A DNA stretch of 64,000 nt from Paragordius varius (GCA_964247055.1 OZ176050.1:12152001-12216000); one strand, 5' to 3'; counted from the stretch's first letter, positions 25,856 through 39,679 are shown. Made by a program: numbers and translations. The notes: generated from the sequence alone by a model not told the origin.

Positions 25856-28800
25856 TCAACTAATCGTACACTATTGTAAAAGAGAAAAAAAATGATATAT
25901 AGAGTTAATTTGTGGTAAAAAACCTAATTATAAATAAACCTTTTTCTTCATATTATCCCGTATTGTAGATTCATCATTTATATGAACTTGGTTCCCCCCG
26001 GATTCTTGTGTGTGAGGCAAATTATTTTGTGCAGCAATATTCTCATTCATAATTTGTTGTGGACCTAAAGATAGAAATACGAATTTTACATTCAGATATA
26101 AATATTGAAATAAAAGTTTCTCCATAAGAAAGTAATACATAAATAATTTAAATACAAAAATTACACGGACAAAACACAAAAATATATAGACAAATATTTT
26201 TTTGAAAGGCAAACATACTTTTTAAAACCTTAATTTTCATGTATAAATTATTTTAAATTTGAAAAATATATAATTGATTGTATTACCAATTACATGTATA
26301 TAACACACTTTGCACTTTCCAACAATATATAAAAAGTATGATTGTCTTTTAGAAAAAAATAATTGTTTAGATATTTTTAGCTCTTATCCGTATAATTTCA
26401 ATTTTTACTGTGTCTAACAATCAAAATTTCTAGATGGATTAACTGGTATGGGTAAATAACACTGTGCAACAAATTTTATCCTTTTCTTTTAGATCAGAGT
26501 GAAAATTACGACATCTTATAGAGAATTTTTTTCTGAAAATAATGATATAAATATTTTCCTAGCACTTTTTCACGAGCCGCTAAAAGGTTTCAAAAATCCA
26601 AAAACCATCAAAAATGCCTGTTTTTGTAACCCTATAACTTTTTGAATTATATAGCTTATTATATTTTTTTGGGGGGATATTACAAATTATATTTTAAAAT
26701 TCATGTAACATTTTAAAATTTTAAAAAGTCTCTACTACTTTTTGATTTATTTGGAAAAAACAAAACTTAGCTCCAAAAAATAGCGTTTCAAAACAATGAA
26801 AAATTAAGAGACATACTGGCATCATTTGATTGACAGCTTTTCATTATACATTACTAAAATAATAAAATTTAATTGCTTTTTTATTTATATGAAAAACAGT
26901 ATATATATTTAACACTTGGATACAACACACTCATTTTAGTCCTTCGATTCAAATTGGGGTAGTTGGATACCCCAGGCCTTTTTAAAAACAAATACTTTAA
27001 AAAGTATGAAAATATTCTAAATTATGGCAAAATTTTGCACTTATATAACATTTATAAACCGAAATATGTAAAAAAATTTATTCAAAAATACTTGATATTA
27101 CTTATTTTAAGCTAAACCCAAAGGTATAAATTTCGTCAACGTGACATGTGTGTAATGGTAAATTTGAAAATAATACAAAATAAACCGCTTTTTCTGTTTC
27201 TATTAATGTTAGATGTAATTTGACTTTAAAATTAAATGAAGACGATATTTTGCAAAAATTTTGTAAAATAAAAATGGCGTCGAAGTAGTTTGAGATGGAA
27301 CTTTTTTTTCAAAACAAAATTTGATCAAGATATTTTGGCATATTTATATAATTTTTATCAGGATAGAAGCATAAATTTAAATTGGGACCGTTTCCTTCAG
27401 TATTTTTTTAAAAATATTAATTTAAATTTAGTCTGGGGTATTTAGATACCCCAATTTGAATCGAAGTGTTAATGTTATAATAATAAATTTAATAAAATGA
27501 TAATATTTTTAAATTTATTAATGTTAATGGATAATAAACTCTGTGTTTGAATTAATATTATATGATTTTTAATAATATTTCAATTATGTTATTATATATT
27601 TTTGTTATTAATTTTAAAGTAAATTTATTTATTCTAAACTACTAATGTTTAAAAAAATTTAATACAGAAATGATTTCAAAATTATAAATATATTAAAATA
27701 TTTTTAATTTAGACACCATATACGAATATATTTATTATGAAAATTGATACTTGTTACATATTATTTGCATATATCAAATTTAAATTGTGTTTAACCATAT
27801 TAAATGCATAAAAATATTTATTATGAAAATTGATAAATGTTACATATTAATTGCATATAATAACTTCACCTGTAACAACGCGACAGAACACTTTTTTACA
27901 CATCAAAAAATCAAAATAAGCGTTCTTTAAACGTCTTATTTACTGTTTCAAGTTATGTTATGGATTGAAAAATGAAGTTAAATTTTATTTAAACGTGCCA
28001 CATTTAAAAAAGGGTAAATTTAAATTAAAAAATTGATTATATTGAATTTATTTAACTAAGAATGTTCTAATATAATATAAAAAATGACATTGGGATTCAT
28101 GGATATAAAATTATGAAAGTTATTTCCGGGAAAAAAACAAATGAATGCCTTTTTTGCTTTTCTGTTAGTTCAACATTTCAGTTTATATTTATTGCATGTT
28201 TATATTTTTTATTTGTTAAAAAAAACTTTCGTATATTAAAAAACAAAATATCATGATTCATATAATCACGTACAATACATAATAAATAAATTTGCATGTT
28301 TAAAAGTAATTCTTATTTATAAATAATATATATCAAATATATTATATATTTATTATTTTATTAAGTTTATAAATATACTTGATTTATTCCTAAAATTAAT
28401 ATTTACATTTTTTAATTAATATTAACATATATTTATTATTTTATTAATTATACTATAAATATACTAATTTATTCCTAAAATTAATATTTACATTTTTTAA
28501 TTAATATTAACATTAAATTTTTCCATTTTGTTATGTATAAAAAATGGTATGGTGCCTGCACGTCTCTTAATTTTTTATTGTTTTGAAACGCTATTTTTTT
28601 GGAGCTAAGTTTCGTTTTTTCTAAATAAATCAAAAAGTAGTAAAGACTTTTAAAAATTTTAAAATGTTACATGAATTTTAAGATATAATTTGTAATATCC
28701 TCCAAAAAATAAATAATAAGCTATAAAATTCAAAAAATTATAGGGTTACAAAAACAGGCATTTTTGATGGTTTTTAAATTTTTAAAACCTTTTAGCGGCT

Positions 28801-31800
28801 CGCGAAAAAGTGCTAGGAAAATATTAAATATATCATTATTTTCAGAAAAAATTTCTCTATAAGATGTAGTAATTTTCACTCTGGAAAATCGTGTTGCACA
28901 GTGTAATCATTGAAATAAGCCGAACTACAAAGTCTGATTCAAAATATTAAAAATTCAATTAAAAATTAACCTTTTGTGGAGGTATTTCGATTCGGAGATG
29001 TTTTAGTAATATTTGCTTCGGTCTGTGGCTGTTCGTTTTGTTCAGCGGCGGATATTGCTTGAGCCAATTTAAAATCTTCTTCGGCTTGCAACTTTTTTGC
29101 CAAATCAGAACTGAAATAATAGTTTACAAAAAATATTAATAAATTTTTGGGCATATAACCCTAAAAGTAATGAAACTCGTTATAAGCAGATTTATTATAA
29201 AACTACAACAATAATATAAAATTAAAAATTTTAGCGTTATACTATTAATAAAAGTTATTGCACCATTACAGTCATGTATCCTTTATTTTATTAAAAATTT
29301 ACTTTATTTTGTTAAATGGGTAAAAATATTTGGTATGGAAAAACAAGAGCTCTAACGTATTAACCATATCATATCATCATAAAAGTAAAAGAAGTGTGGG
29401 GGAAGGGCGTCGGAAATCTTGTATAAAAAATAAAAATCTTAAAATATTGTTAAAGGAAAATGGCAATATTTTTGTAAATTTTTTAGCAAAATTTTATTAC
29501 TAATTTTTAGGTAAAATTTTTATTTCGAACAAAACAAATAAACCACGTAAATATTAATTTTTATATATAGTTAAATAAATATTTATTAAAATTTATTTAA
29601 TACGATATCACAATAATTAAAACAAACATTATAACGGACAATATATAAGGAACTAATCAATCGTGTATATATATAAGGCAAAACATAGGAAATGAATACT
29701 GATAATATAGCGTTCATAAAAAATATTAATGAACTAAATGCGTTTCATCCAAAAATGCTCTATTTTGGGAAATTTAAAAAACAATCATATGAATATACCA
29801 GTTTACCACTATTTAACCCTATTGAATGTTTTTTTCTACGATAACGTTTTAAAAAAGGCAAGATATATCTGGGAATTATTTTGATATCATACTGTCCGAT
29901 CAAAGAAAAACGAAATCGTCTCTGATACCTACAATAAATGATGGTTGAAATTTCATTCTCCAACCTTAGTTTTTTAAAGCAACATCAATTAAAACTCTTT
30001 TTGATAATTTTAAAATAATTTTGAACATAACATCTATCGTAGATATCTCTTTTAAAATCTTTCCTCTATCGAAACAAAAAAATATAATTGAGATAAAAAT
30101 TACGATTCCAAACCTTTTATACAATAATTTTAAGTGAGGGGTTAGTTTTTAGTGTATTTTCATTTTTTACCAAAGATTTCCGACGCTTTTCCCCACACTT
30201 ATTTTACTTTTTTGATAAATATGATATGGTTAACACCATAGAGCTCTTATTTTTCCATTCTTTACCAAATATTTTTACCCATTTAATGAAAAAAAGAAAA
30301 TGATAAAATAAAGTATACATGACTGTAATAACTAGATATTATTGAATCACTTAATTTAAATTTTTCATGATAATTTGCTGGATCAAATAAATTAATTGTA
30401 AAATTAAGCATACAATATACTACTCACTCAGTTAATAATTCATTTGGGACAAATTCTAGCGGTGTGACAGGTTTTTGATACTCCATAAATGGTGAAAGCT
30501 CTGTTTGCGTCTTTGCAATATTTGAATTACTAACTTTTAATCCACCATCAGTGGGACTAACGTTATGTTTCGTTGGTGTTAAACAAGTTTTTTCTTGCTG
30601 CTGAGATTCAAGCAATTCATATTCCTTCTCTTCATTCTCAAGCGTTAAGGCAATAAGATAACTGCGCAATTATTCAAGAAAGTTAATAGTAATAAAATGG
30701 TAAAAAATTATATGTGTGGAAGCTTAAAAAATGATTTTTTACATATCTATCGGCTTATTTTATTCGATTCTAACACAAAATTAAACTATTTTAGCAGACA
30801 ATATACTTGAATCTATTAAATTCACGTAAAATTAACATTACGAACAGTTATAATTATTGGGTAAAAATTACTCAGCATCAATTTGTTGTTTAATGGGTGA
30901 TACTTTATCTTTTTTATCTGATGTTTTTTCTGGCGTTATATTGTGGTGGCCTTTATCATCTTCGTTACTAATCTTTGCTATACTACTTTCACCCATGTAT
31001 TGTGGCTCTGATACTGATTGAGAGGATTCAACCAATTCATAAGTTGGTTCTGAAACCATTTTATTTGGTGAAACTTTTGGTGTAATTGGAGTTTCATCCA
31101 CATTTTCTGGTCCGGTTAAAGTATCTACATTATCTTTTTCAGAACTTAATTCTCGCAACTCTTTATTAATTGATTCACCAATCTGTTTAGTTTTTGTGAC
31201 ATCTTGTATGTTAGGGAATGCTTCATCAGTTAATTTACCCGGGCTTGAAATAACTATATCCATATACAATAGGTGTAATAAAAAAATGTTAAATATAACT
31301 TGAAAATAAGTATTATATTTAGCATTTTTGGTTAAAACGGTCTTGTAGTTAATTTTTCAATTCAAAATACCAATTTATTTATATTAACGCCAAACTTGTT
31401 CTTAAAACTTTATCACAAAACTAATTAATGTGAAATTAAAAGTACGTCGAAAATATTAAAACATTACTTGTTTGAACATTTATTCAACTAATTTTTAATT
31501 TACCTTTATTGCCTTCAAAAGATTTTTGAGGGGATGTTTCCATAGTGTTTGTAGTGGAAACATTGAATTTAGTATTCGTATTGGTATAGTTGTTATTAGT
31601 ATTTTGGTTTGTAGAATCAATAGGTTGAAATAAGCCATTAACGAATGTTTCATTACCTTCAACTGATGTTAACGTTTCCCACATAATTAGGCGCTCTGAT
31701 AAATATCCTTGGTCCGTAACAAGGGTATAAAGATTATCCTACGGGGAAAAAAATAATTATACATAAAGGTGCAAAATTTATAGAGTTTAAGGGTGGCTTT

Positions 31801-33905
31801 CAAAACTGAGAGATTAATAAAAATTACACAGCGAAATGTAAGTCTTAAAATATAATCTCTATCTAAGCAAAAAACTGCTTTATACTGATCCCGATTCTGG
31901 GAAATTCCTTAGTCTTTTTAGGCAAAAAAAAATTAAGTTCAAAAATAATTAATAAATAATAATTGGAGCTAAAATACAGAAACTATTATAAGTTTTTCTT
32001 TTTATAATAACCTGATTAATTTAAGAACGATATAAATAATACAATTATTTCTTTAAAAGGGTTATTATTGAGGGAGTCTTGTTACAAGAAAGAGATTACT
32101 ATAAACATAGTGCTTTATAAATGTTCGCAAACATTATAGTAAAAAAATTTTTGTTCAATTTTAAATTTGACAACAAAATATGGTTATATATATATATATA
32201 TATATATATAAGAAGTTTACGTTAAATTTGGTCAACGTGCAAAAGTGATTATTGCGAAAAAGAACGACCATTTCACCGGGTTTGATTACGGCATTGAGTT
32301 CACACAAACCGTGATATGTTAATTGGTGAGATGTGTTCTTTAAGAAAGTTTCAGCAACCAAAGCTATGTATATCATAAATAAAAATATATGAGATTTGGC
32401 ATAACAATTAACAATGCCATAACAATTAGGTTCATCTGAATCACAAAGTTAGTTATTAAAGCCGTCACAGTCGCCGGTATCACAATTTCATATACAGAGT
32501 GGATTAAAAAAAATTTGTAATAAAGAAATAAATATTAGAGTAAAAAAATGAATATTAGTGAAAATAAAAAAGAAACAAAGGGCCATGGTGCACGAGTAAA
32601 CATTACCATGTCCATCAAATAATAATTATTTTTTACAATTTACTAATGAATAGAAAGAATATTACGTAGAAGTAGTATGGTATTACCTACTCAATAAATG
32701 CCCTTCCTTTCCTTTTTTTCTTTCACTGATGGTAAAAAATAATTATTTGATGGGTATGGTAATGCTTGCTCGTGGACCATGGCCCTTTGTATTTTACTTT
32801 CACTAATATTCATTTTTTTACTCCTAATATTAATTTCTTTATTACAAATATTCTTTTATTTAATCCACTGTATGAGTAAATATTATAAACCTGTGCTAAC
32901 AAGCTCAGGATTATCCGAAAATTTGTCCGTTATAATTTTATCAATGATTTGGTTGTAAGTTGCATTCCCAAGAGCACTTGCGGTTTGAGATTCGTTGAGA
33001 GGATCAACTATCCAACCATGGCACAACGGAATGTTCAACAAATCAAATATGATGCATTCAGGAGTATATTCAAAATCTTTGGGTCTATGAGAAAAATGTA
33101 AATTTTAACAGAAGCTAAGCTTATAGAAAAACAAAGGGTAAAAATACAATATTTAATGCTAAATACGCATAAAAAGAAATAATAAATATTTATTTGTTTT
33201 GTATTAAAACCAAAAAAAATTATTTAACAAAACTTTGGTATCACAAGATGAGTTTTAATATCGGCACCATAAAACGTGAATTTTTGTTGCATTATTTTAA
33301 ACCAGCATTATAAAATACCCAGTAAAGCGAATATTGACGTCCAAACCCGTTTGCAATTTGGGTAAAAGAGATAAAGCATCCTGAACATTTTGTTCATAGT
33401 TGATCAAATGTTCTTCTGGAATATCCTAATATTTATAAAAGTTTCATAAATTAATTAGAGAAAAAATCAGATTAAAATAATAGCATAAAAAATTTATAGA
33501 AATATAAATATATTAATCACACTTTTTATAATTTTTAATATATGCAAAACATACTTTTGGTTTATTGCTTAATATATAATCCGCGATATATTCAATTAAT
33601 TGATCTGGTGTTATAATTTCTATAACAGTAGGTAGAGAAAGTTTTTCCATTAGAAGAAGAGCATTAACAAGTGCTAATAATGGACAAGGACCATTTTCAT
33701 TTTGAGTAATAATAGGTATATCTTTACCATGCCATTTGACCCATTTGATTTGATATACCGTTAGTGGTGGAGATTTAGGAGGACTAGATTCAATGTGCAT
33801 CGGTACTCCCGGAGATAATTGCATATCACGGTCGTTTTTTGCTTGCATATTATCTGATTCAGAATTTTGTTGGATTGAATATTCGGTATTTTCGTTTGAT
33901 TCCAT
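25856..33905 (-). CDS. MINDY1: MINDY1/2 (FAM63) K48 deubiquitinase; exons 33555-33905, 33319-33425, 32891-33084, 32221-32363, 31504-31738, 30872-31253, 30428-30661, 28971-29110, 25940-26064, 25856-25870
   Basis: Catalytic motifs IITQNENGPCPLLAL, LQTGLDVNIRFTG|PKDFEYTPECIIFDLLNIPLCHGWIVDP, FRNNHF, LYTLVTDQGY, MIU-like DYLIAL and SDLAKKLQAEED, and terminal KKK|CTIS-stop CaaX. Phases are consistent. Confidence 0.95.
26460..28903. mobile_element. Long-TIR (foldback/Tc1-type) element, ~355-bp TIRs, non-coding interior, in MINDY intron 8
   Basis: 26460-~26815 and ~28560-28903 are highly similar inverted copies. Ends are CACTGTGCAAC / GTTGCACAGTG|TA. Confidence 0.8.
26913..27468 (+). mobile_element. 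piggyBac-like element, copy E (556 bp), nested in the long-TIR element
   Basis: TTAA|CACTTGGATACAACAC ... TTTGAATCGAAGTG|TTAA; TTAA is intact on both sides. Confidence 0.88.
29269..30325. mobile_element. Tc1/mariner-type element with ~170-bp TIRs and TA TSD in MINDY intron 7
   Basis: TA|CAGTCATGTAT ... ATACATGACTG|TA. Arms ~29269-29430 and ~30165-30325; the interior is degenerate. Confidence 0.8.
32495..32870. mobile_element. Tc1/mariner-type MITE (376 bp, ~145-bp TIRs, TA TSD) in MINDY intron 3
   Basis: TA|CAGAGTGGATTAAA ... TTTAATCCACTG|TA; the arms share AAAGGGCCATGGT / ACCATGGCCCTTT. Confidence 0.82.
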
Positions 33906-34176
33906 CTTGAATCAATTAGGAGACGACCATATGAATTTTACCTTGTCTTCACTTTTATTAGATCGTCATTTAGAATAACACCGTATACTTTGGGGTATAT
34001 TTTAACCCAAAGCAAATGCTTATGAAAAAATGTTACCAAATTTTTGACTTAAAATATAAATGTACTCTTAACTGAAATAAAATTATTTCAATTTTGATTA
34101 TGGGGTATATTACACTCCATGACCTTTTGCCGTTTTATATCCCAGAGCGATTTGAATATTTTTTAACTATTTAAAG

Positions 34177-36577
34177 CAGTGGTACTCACCAAAAAAATTT
34201 GACGGGCCAAATAAAATATATTTTTTTTTCGAGGGCCATTCCCTTATAATAATTCCATAGCTATTTAACACATATGCACATATTTATACTCTAAATCAGC
34301 ACAATGAATTTTTTGCGGATCGCATGTAAATCCAGCTAAAAACTGGTTTACCATTTAGTTTAAAAAATTAAAATATTTTGATAAAAATTTTTATTTCGAT
34401 ATTAACCAATATTTTTTGACAAATTTGGTTTCACCTCATGACAGGCCAATCTTAATACGTCGTCCATATGAACATCGGTTAAGCAGTTTCTGTATGTATT
34501 CTTGAGATATTTTATTTTTGAATATGACGTCTTGCACGTATAAGTTGAGGGAAAAAGAGTTAGGATAACTTCAGCACATTTTTTTATATTTTCATATTTA
34601 TTTGGCACATCTTGCTAAAACTCTACATATCTTTCTTCTCTACGATTCTCTTTGAATATCCAAATTGGAATTTTAAAACCTACGTCTTTAATGATATGCG
34701 CCCGATCAAAACCGAAGTGCTCAAGTCGCTTAATGCTGGATATATCCATATGCCATAAATATTCAACGAGTTTTAAGCAATATTTAATATATCTTAATTT
34801 TTGAAACTGACTCATTAGATAAAAATGTTAGATGATCTATTATTACATTAATCTCCGCGATAAATTCCATATTTTCTTCATGAATCGTTTTAAGTGTTGA
34901 ATACAGAAGTGTTTAATTTATAAAATCTAGTTTATATTATTAATTTTTAAAAGATATTTCATTAGCAAATTGGGTAATTATTTTGCTTCCTTGACGAGGT
35001 ATTGAAAAAGTTTATAAGTAATGTCGCAAAGGTAGGCTAATAAAACCCACCATATGTCACTATAAATTTCCTCGTCAAACTTTCTATTATCTTTTATAAA
35101 TATTAAAATATCATGTCTTAAAACAAAAAATCTATTTAGTACTTTGCTAAAGCCATCTCACAGCTGTGTACAAAAGTATATAATCAAAATCACTGTGGAT
35201 ATCTTTCAGAAAGTTTTTGAATTTACGGCGGTTGAATTCTCTGCCACGGATGTGGTTAACTATATCCACAACCGTTTAAATTACTGAATTGAGTGATTCA
35301 TCTTTTACACGCGAAACCAAGTTTGATGAATAAAGCAGTGAAAGGATAAAATATTTTAAAGAGGAATAAATCATTTGGTTATTCCAATCATAGAGGGACA
35401 GTTATCTGTGCAGATCGAAACCGATTTTTCATAGATATACCATTATTATCGAAAAAAGTTTTAATTATTTCGAGAAAATCACTTCCTTTCGTGGTATTAT
35501 TCAATAGTAAAAATTTTAAATATTTATCGTTGATTATGTTGCCGTTGCAAAATCTTACAAAGAGCGCACATTGAGGTGTTGTACTAATATCAGTGCTAGA
35601 ATCAATACTAAAATATTTGCAGTTTTTTAGAGCCAATAATGTATCGTAAAAAAATATTAATACATATCTTCAATGCGTCCAGCACATGTTCAGAAAGTTG
35701 AAGTTTTTTAATTTGCCTCATGATTTGATCTTTATATGGTTTATCAAATAAAAAAGTGCAACCATTTATTAGACATTCTTTTAGTTGGAAATCAGTAAAC
35801 GGTTTCATATTTTTTCCTAAAATATAACTTTCATACGAAGCTAATTATACAACTTTTTCCTGGGAGAAAGCTATGGACATAATAGACTTTCCTTTGTACA
35901 ATTCCTTAATCTTTTTATATTTTTCGTTTTTCCTCATTTTCTGGTAATTTATGAGAAAATGGATTTTAAAATTCTTTCAATATTGTATTTTTTTATAATT
36001 ATGTTGTCCTTACATATAAGGCTGGTAACAACATTTTTATTTTAAACGAGAAAGAATTTTTCTTCCCATACTTTTAAAAGGGCGATTTTCATCGGATAAT
36101 TTACGTTTTTTAGCATTAGATGTCATCCTTTATATTTATGGTTAAATATTATGTAAATTTTTTCAAAAAAACAGGAATATTTGATATGCTTAAAAAAACA
36201 GGTCGAAATTTAATGATGTGGATTTGAAAAATATTTTATGGGAATAAGTTATATAAAATGAGGCAGGATAGCTATGAAAAGATTATGTATATGCAAGTTT
36301 GGGTGAAAGGCTTGCTTAAATTCAAAAAAGGAATGCAATAAAAATTTCAAAATAAAAAAGAAAATAGAATGAAAGAACGTGTGCCAAAATTTTGTTTTAA
36401 TGTAGGGAAATTTTTCTACATATCGAATTGGGTAAAAAAATAAAAACTACCAAAATGAAATCTAAAGAAAATAAATTAATATTAAAATAATCGAAAATTC
36501 GTTTATGTGTTAAAGGGCAATTTTAAAGCACTCTTAGGGCCGCATGCGGCCCGCGGGCCGCGGTTTGAGTATCACTG
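34177..36577 (-). mobile_element. hAT Charlie/Buster/SPIN-type transposon with frameshifted transposase (~34402-36125)
   Basis: TIRs CAGTGGTACTCA / TGAGTATCACTG, the GCGGCCCGCGGGCCGC subterminal motif and a perfect 8-bp TSD ATTTAAAG. Motifs FSIDSSTDIS..QCALFVRF and LTLFPSTYTCKTSYSKIKYLKNTYRNCLTD. Confidence 0.92.
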
Positions 36578-37898
36578 ATTTAAAGTATCAATCTAAACTA
36601 AAATTATGCTTTTTTAGCCTTGACTTCTTTTTAAAAAATTCTCATCTCACACCTTTCCCCCCATTTTTTTCTATAAATAAGAAATCTTATGCAACAGGCA
36701 AACTGTATATTATGGTTAGAAAATGTAAATAATTAACTTTGAAGTATTAGTCTTCATTTTACAAGCAAATTATATATTGATTTTAATATTAACTATGTTT
36801 CAATCGTGATATAAACCGGTCCGAATTGAAAGACCCTAGAAGTGTCTCACTGCAAAAAAAATATTTTATCTAATACATGAAAAAAAGGTATGATAATTAA
36901 TTTCAACTAAAATATTAATACAGTAGTTTATTTTTAAGATAGAGTTCTGAGATAAACTACTCCAATATGTCATCGCGGACAAAAAAATGAAAAGGTGATG
37001 AAGTTTTAATTTTGTTTTGACACCATATTCTGAAAAAATTTGGAATCAACAGTAGAAGAAAGTTTTGAAATTGGTGCTTAGTTCTACATCGTCGAGTTTT
37101 AATAAATGAAAAAAAACTTATTGAAATTGCCAGTGCCTTTACCGTTTAAATGTTTCAGACCAGAGTTGAGTTACGCCAGTTAAAACATTTATTGGTAGTT
37201 ATTATGCATCATATATGAGATATCTCCTTTATTTTATTTTCCGGAGTTTTTCTTTAATTAGCGAGCTACTCCTCTAACTGTGTTTGGATTGCTATAGTAA
37301 TTCTAAAAATTTTTGCTTATATTATTTTCCACAATTCTTTTATTTAATTCTACATATATTTCCAATCTTATAAAAAATTCCAGGTGATGGCCCAGTTTTT
37401 TCATTTGGATCTGCCATAAAATAGATAGATTAATTTTTTATTTTCTTGTGTATCATGAGTGCCTAAATGTTTAGACATGTAATTATGCTTCTGGAACATC
37501 CTTAAAACCAGTTAGGGTAAATTAATTTATGCTCTTCAGCGCACCTGCTTATAACTCCATAGACTTCCTAATAAACGGATTTTATTAGCGTCAAGGAACA
37601 ACCTTTCCTACATTTATCCTTACCAAAATATGGAAATATGCTTACCGACTCTATATCGAAATCGCAGCCCTTCTCAACATATATTTTACTTTAGAAAAGA
37701 TTTGAGTGTCCATCCCTAGACATTTCAGAGCTTATCAACTGTCATTCATGTGTACCAACCATAGCTTTGTGTAGGATTATAAAAACGTATTTTATTGAAT
37801 AAATAGCTTTAGTGGTATAGAGAAACCTTGCCAAAGACCACAATTAAATATCAAAACGATCTTAATGTTATTGCTATCAAGCCAAAAAATAATATCTA

Positions 37899-38010
37899 TC
37901 TATATATTTATGAAAATGGAAAATGCTGGCTTTGTGATCTGGTACAGGAAAATGGGCCAAACATCGAAAAAATATAATCATTAATGAATGCCCCGACAAT
38001 GACAATGACA
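37899..38010 (+). mobile_element. Helitron-family 5' end fragment
   Basis: TCTATATATTTATGAAAATGGAAAATGCTGGCTTTGTGATCTGGTACAGG matches the starts at 39701 and 50715. Confidence 0.7.
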
Positions 38011-38744
38011 ATAGCACGGGGTACACCCCTTCGTACAATTGGTGAACCAATTGTCAGAGTACCGTGAGCTATATAAGTATTTGGAAAAAACCTTTTAAAA
38101 CTTTTCTAATAAAATTTTTATGATTGTAAAAGTTTGTATATATATATGTATGTATATAAAATATTATTGTGATTTCATTTTTTATGTAAGTTAGTGTTAT
38201 TAAATTTGCTTATTAGAAAAAAAAGGAATTAAAAAAAATACCGTACATAACCTGCACTTTGGAAAGGACATTATTGTTTGATTTTTGGAACAGAGGTTTG
38301 ATAACAATTGAGTTGTTGATATGCGACAATAGTTTTAATTAAATGAAACGTTAACGACAAAAAACAATAAAGATTTAATCGAGCAGACGATAACCCAAAT
38401 AAAATTTATAAGAATATATGGTTAAAAGATTATTAAAAATATATAATTTAGTAGAAAAAGGTACTTATCTTTGATTTTCCTGTGGCATAGGTGTTCCCCT
38501 AAACAACTGAAGTTATACGGGTGACTCAACTTTTATTAAAAAAACAATTCGTTTCCGAGTATCGAAAAACTTCATCAGGGTAATAAGCCTCTTTGGATTG
38601 CACTCTTTACAAATAAGGAATCATCCATATCCCTAAAGTATAAATATATAAAATGTATTTAATGGTTTTGGTGTGTTCTTCTCATATCCAAAAGGCAGAC
38701 GATTTCGACCGAATCGTGAAAAGTCCGTTGTTACATGAATATTT

Positions 38745-39622
38745 CCCCGACAATAGCTTCGCCCATTTTTTGAATTAGGCCCCCAGTTCGGGCCCACCTG
38801 GTGTGAAAAATGGGTTTTTTTGAAAACAGAAGTCCACAAAAATCGTGTCTTTGAGACAATTTTCCGGAGAACGTGTTGGACCATTCAATTTCAAATAAGA
38901 TTTTTGTTTACTTATTTTCGATTGCGCCGAACATAGTCGTCTCGCTTTTTTGATTTAGGTCCTCTTTTTACCCACTCCCCCCGTAAAATGCCACCTTTTT
39001 CAAAAAACAAAGTCCACATAATTTTTTAAATCGATTTTTTGCCCAAGGTATGAGACCGTAAAAATTCAATATGGATCCCACGTATTCCCTGTTAAAACGC
39101 AAAAATTTTAGTCAAGCGTTTCTTTGATGATAGCTGCTGGGTAAGGAGCTACCCGCGAAAAACAGATTCATCATGTAACTTTGTGATCTGTTTCCGGAAA
39201 ACCGGTGAACCCAATCAAATCCAAACATCGAAAAAATATAATCATTAATAAATGTCCCGACAATAGCTTCGCCCTTTGAATTAGGTCCCCAGTTCGGGCC
39301 TACCCCCTGTAAAAAACAGGTTGAGACTATTTTCCGGAGAACGTGTTGGACCATTCAATTTCAAATATGATTTTTGTTTACTTATTTTTGATCGCGCCGA
39401 ACATAGTCGACTCACTTTTTTGATTTAGGCCCTCTTTTTACCCGCTACCCCCGTAAAATGCCATTTTTTTCAAAAAAAACAAAGTCCACAAAAATAATAT
39501 TTTGATTGTGTTTTTTTGCCCAAGATATGAGACCGTAAAAATTCAATAAAGATTCCACGTATTCCCTGTTAAAAGGCAAAAAATTTAGTCAAGCGTTTCT
39601 TTGATGATAGCTGCTGAGTAAA
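38745..39622 (+). repeat. Two head-to-tail partial copies of the Helitron 5' segment
   Basis: ~38745-39157 and ~39176-39622 both repeat CCCGACAATAGCTTCGCCC...GAGACCGTAAAAATTCAAT...TTTCTTTGATGATAGCTGCTG. Confidence 0.85.
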
Positions 39623-39648
39623 AAGTATCTATCATATGTATAGGATGT

Positions 39649-39679
<31 letters not shown>

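Noticed and set aside
37500-37545. Minus-strand CTGAAGA box and possible GIY-YIG-like remnants nearby
   Set aside because: There is no stem II or GAAA downstream, and the translations lack convincing YIG motifs.
38005-38072. HDV-like ribozyme interpretation of the structured island
   Set aside because: P1 cannot be formed without mismatch and lacks the 5' G; P4 and J4/2 do not match the consensus.
38545-38590. Minus-strand CTGATGA followed by a stem, hammerhead-like
   Set aside because: The second box reads GAAT, not GAAA, and no stem I or III partner or UH site could be paired. At best it is a decayed relic.
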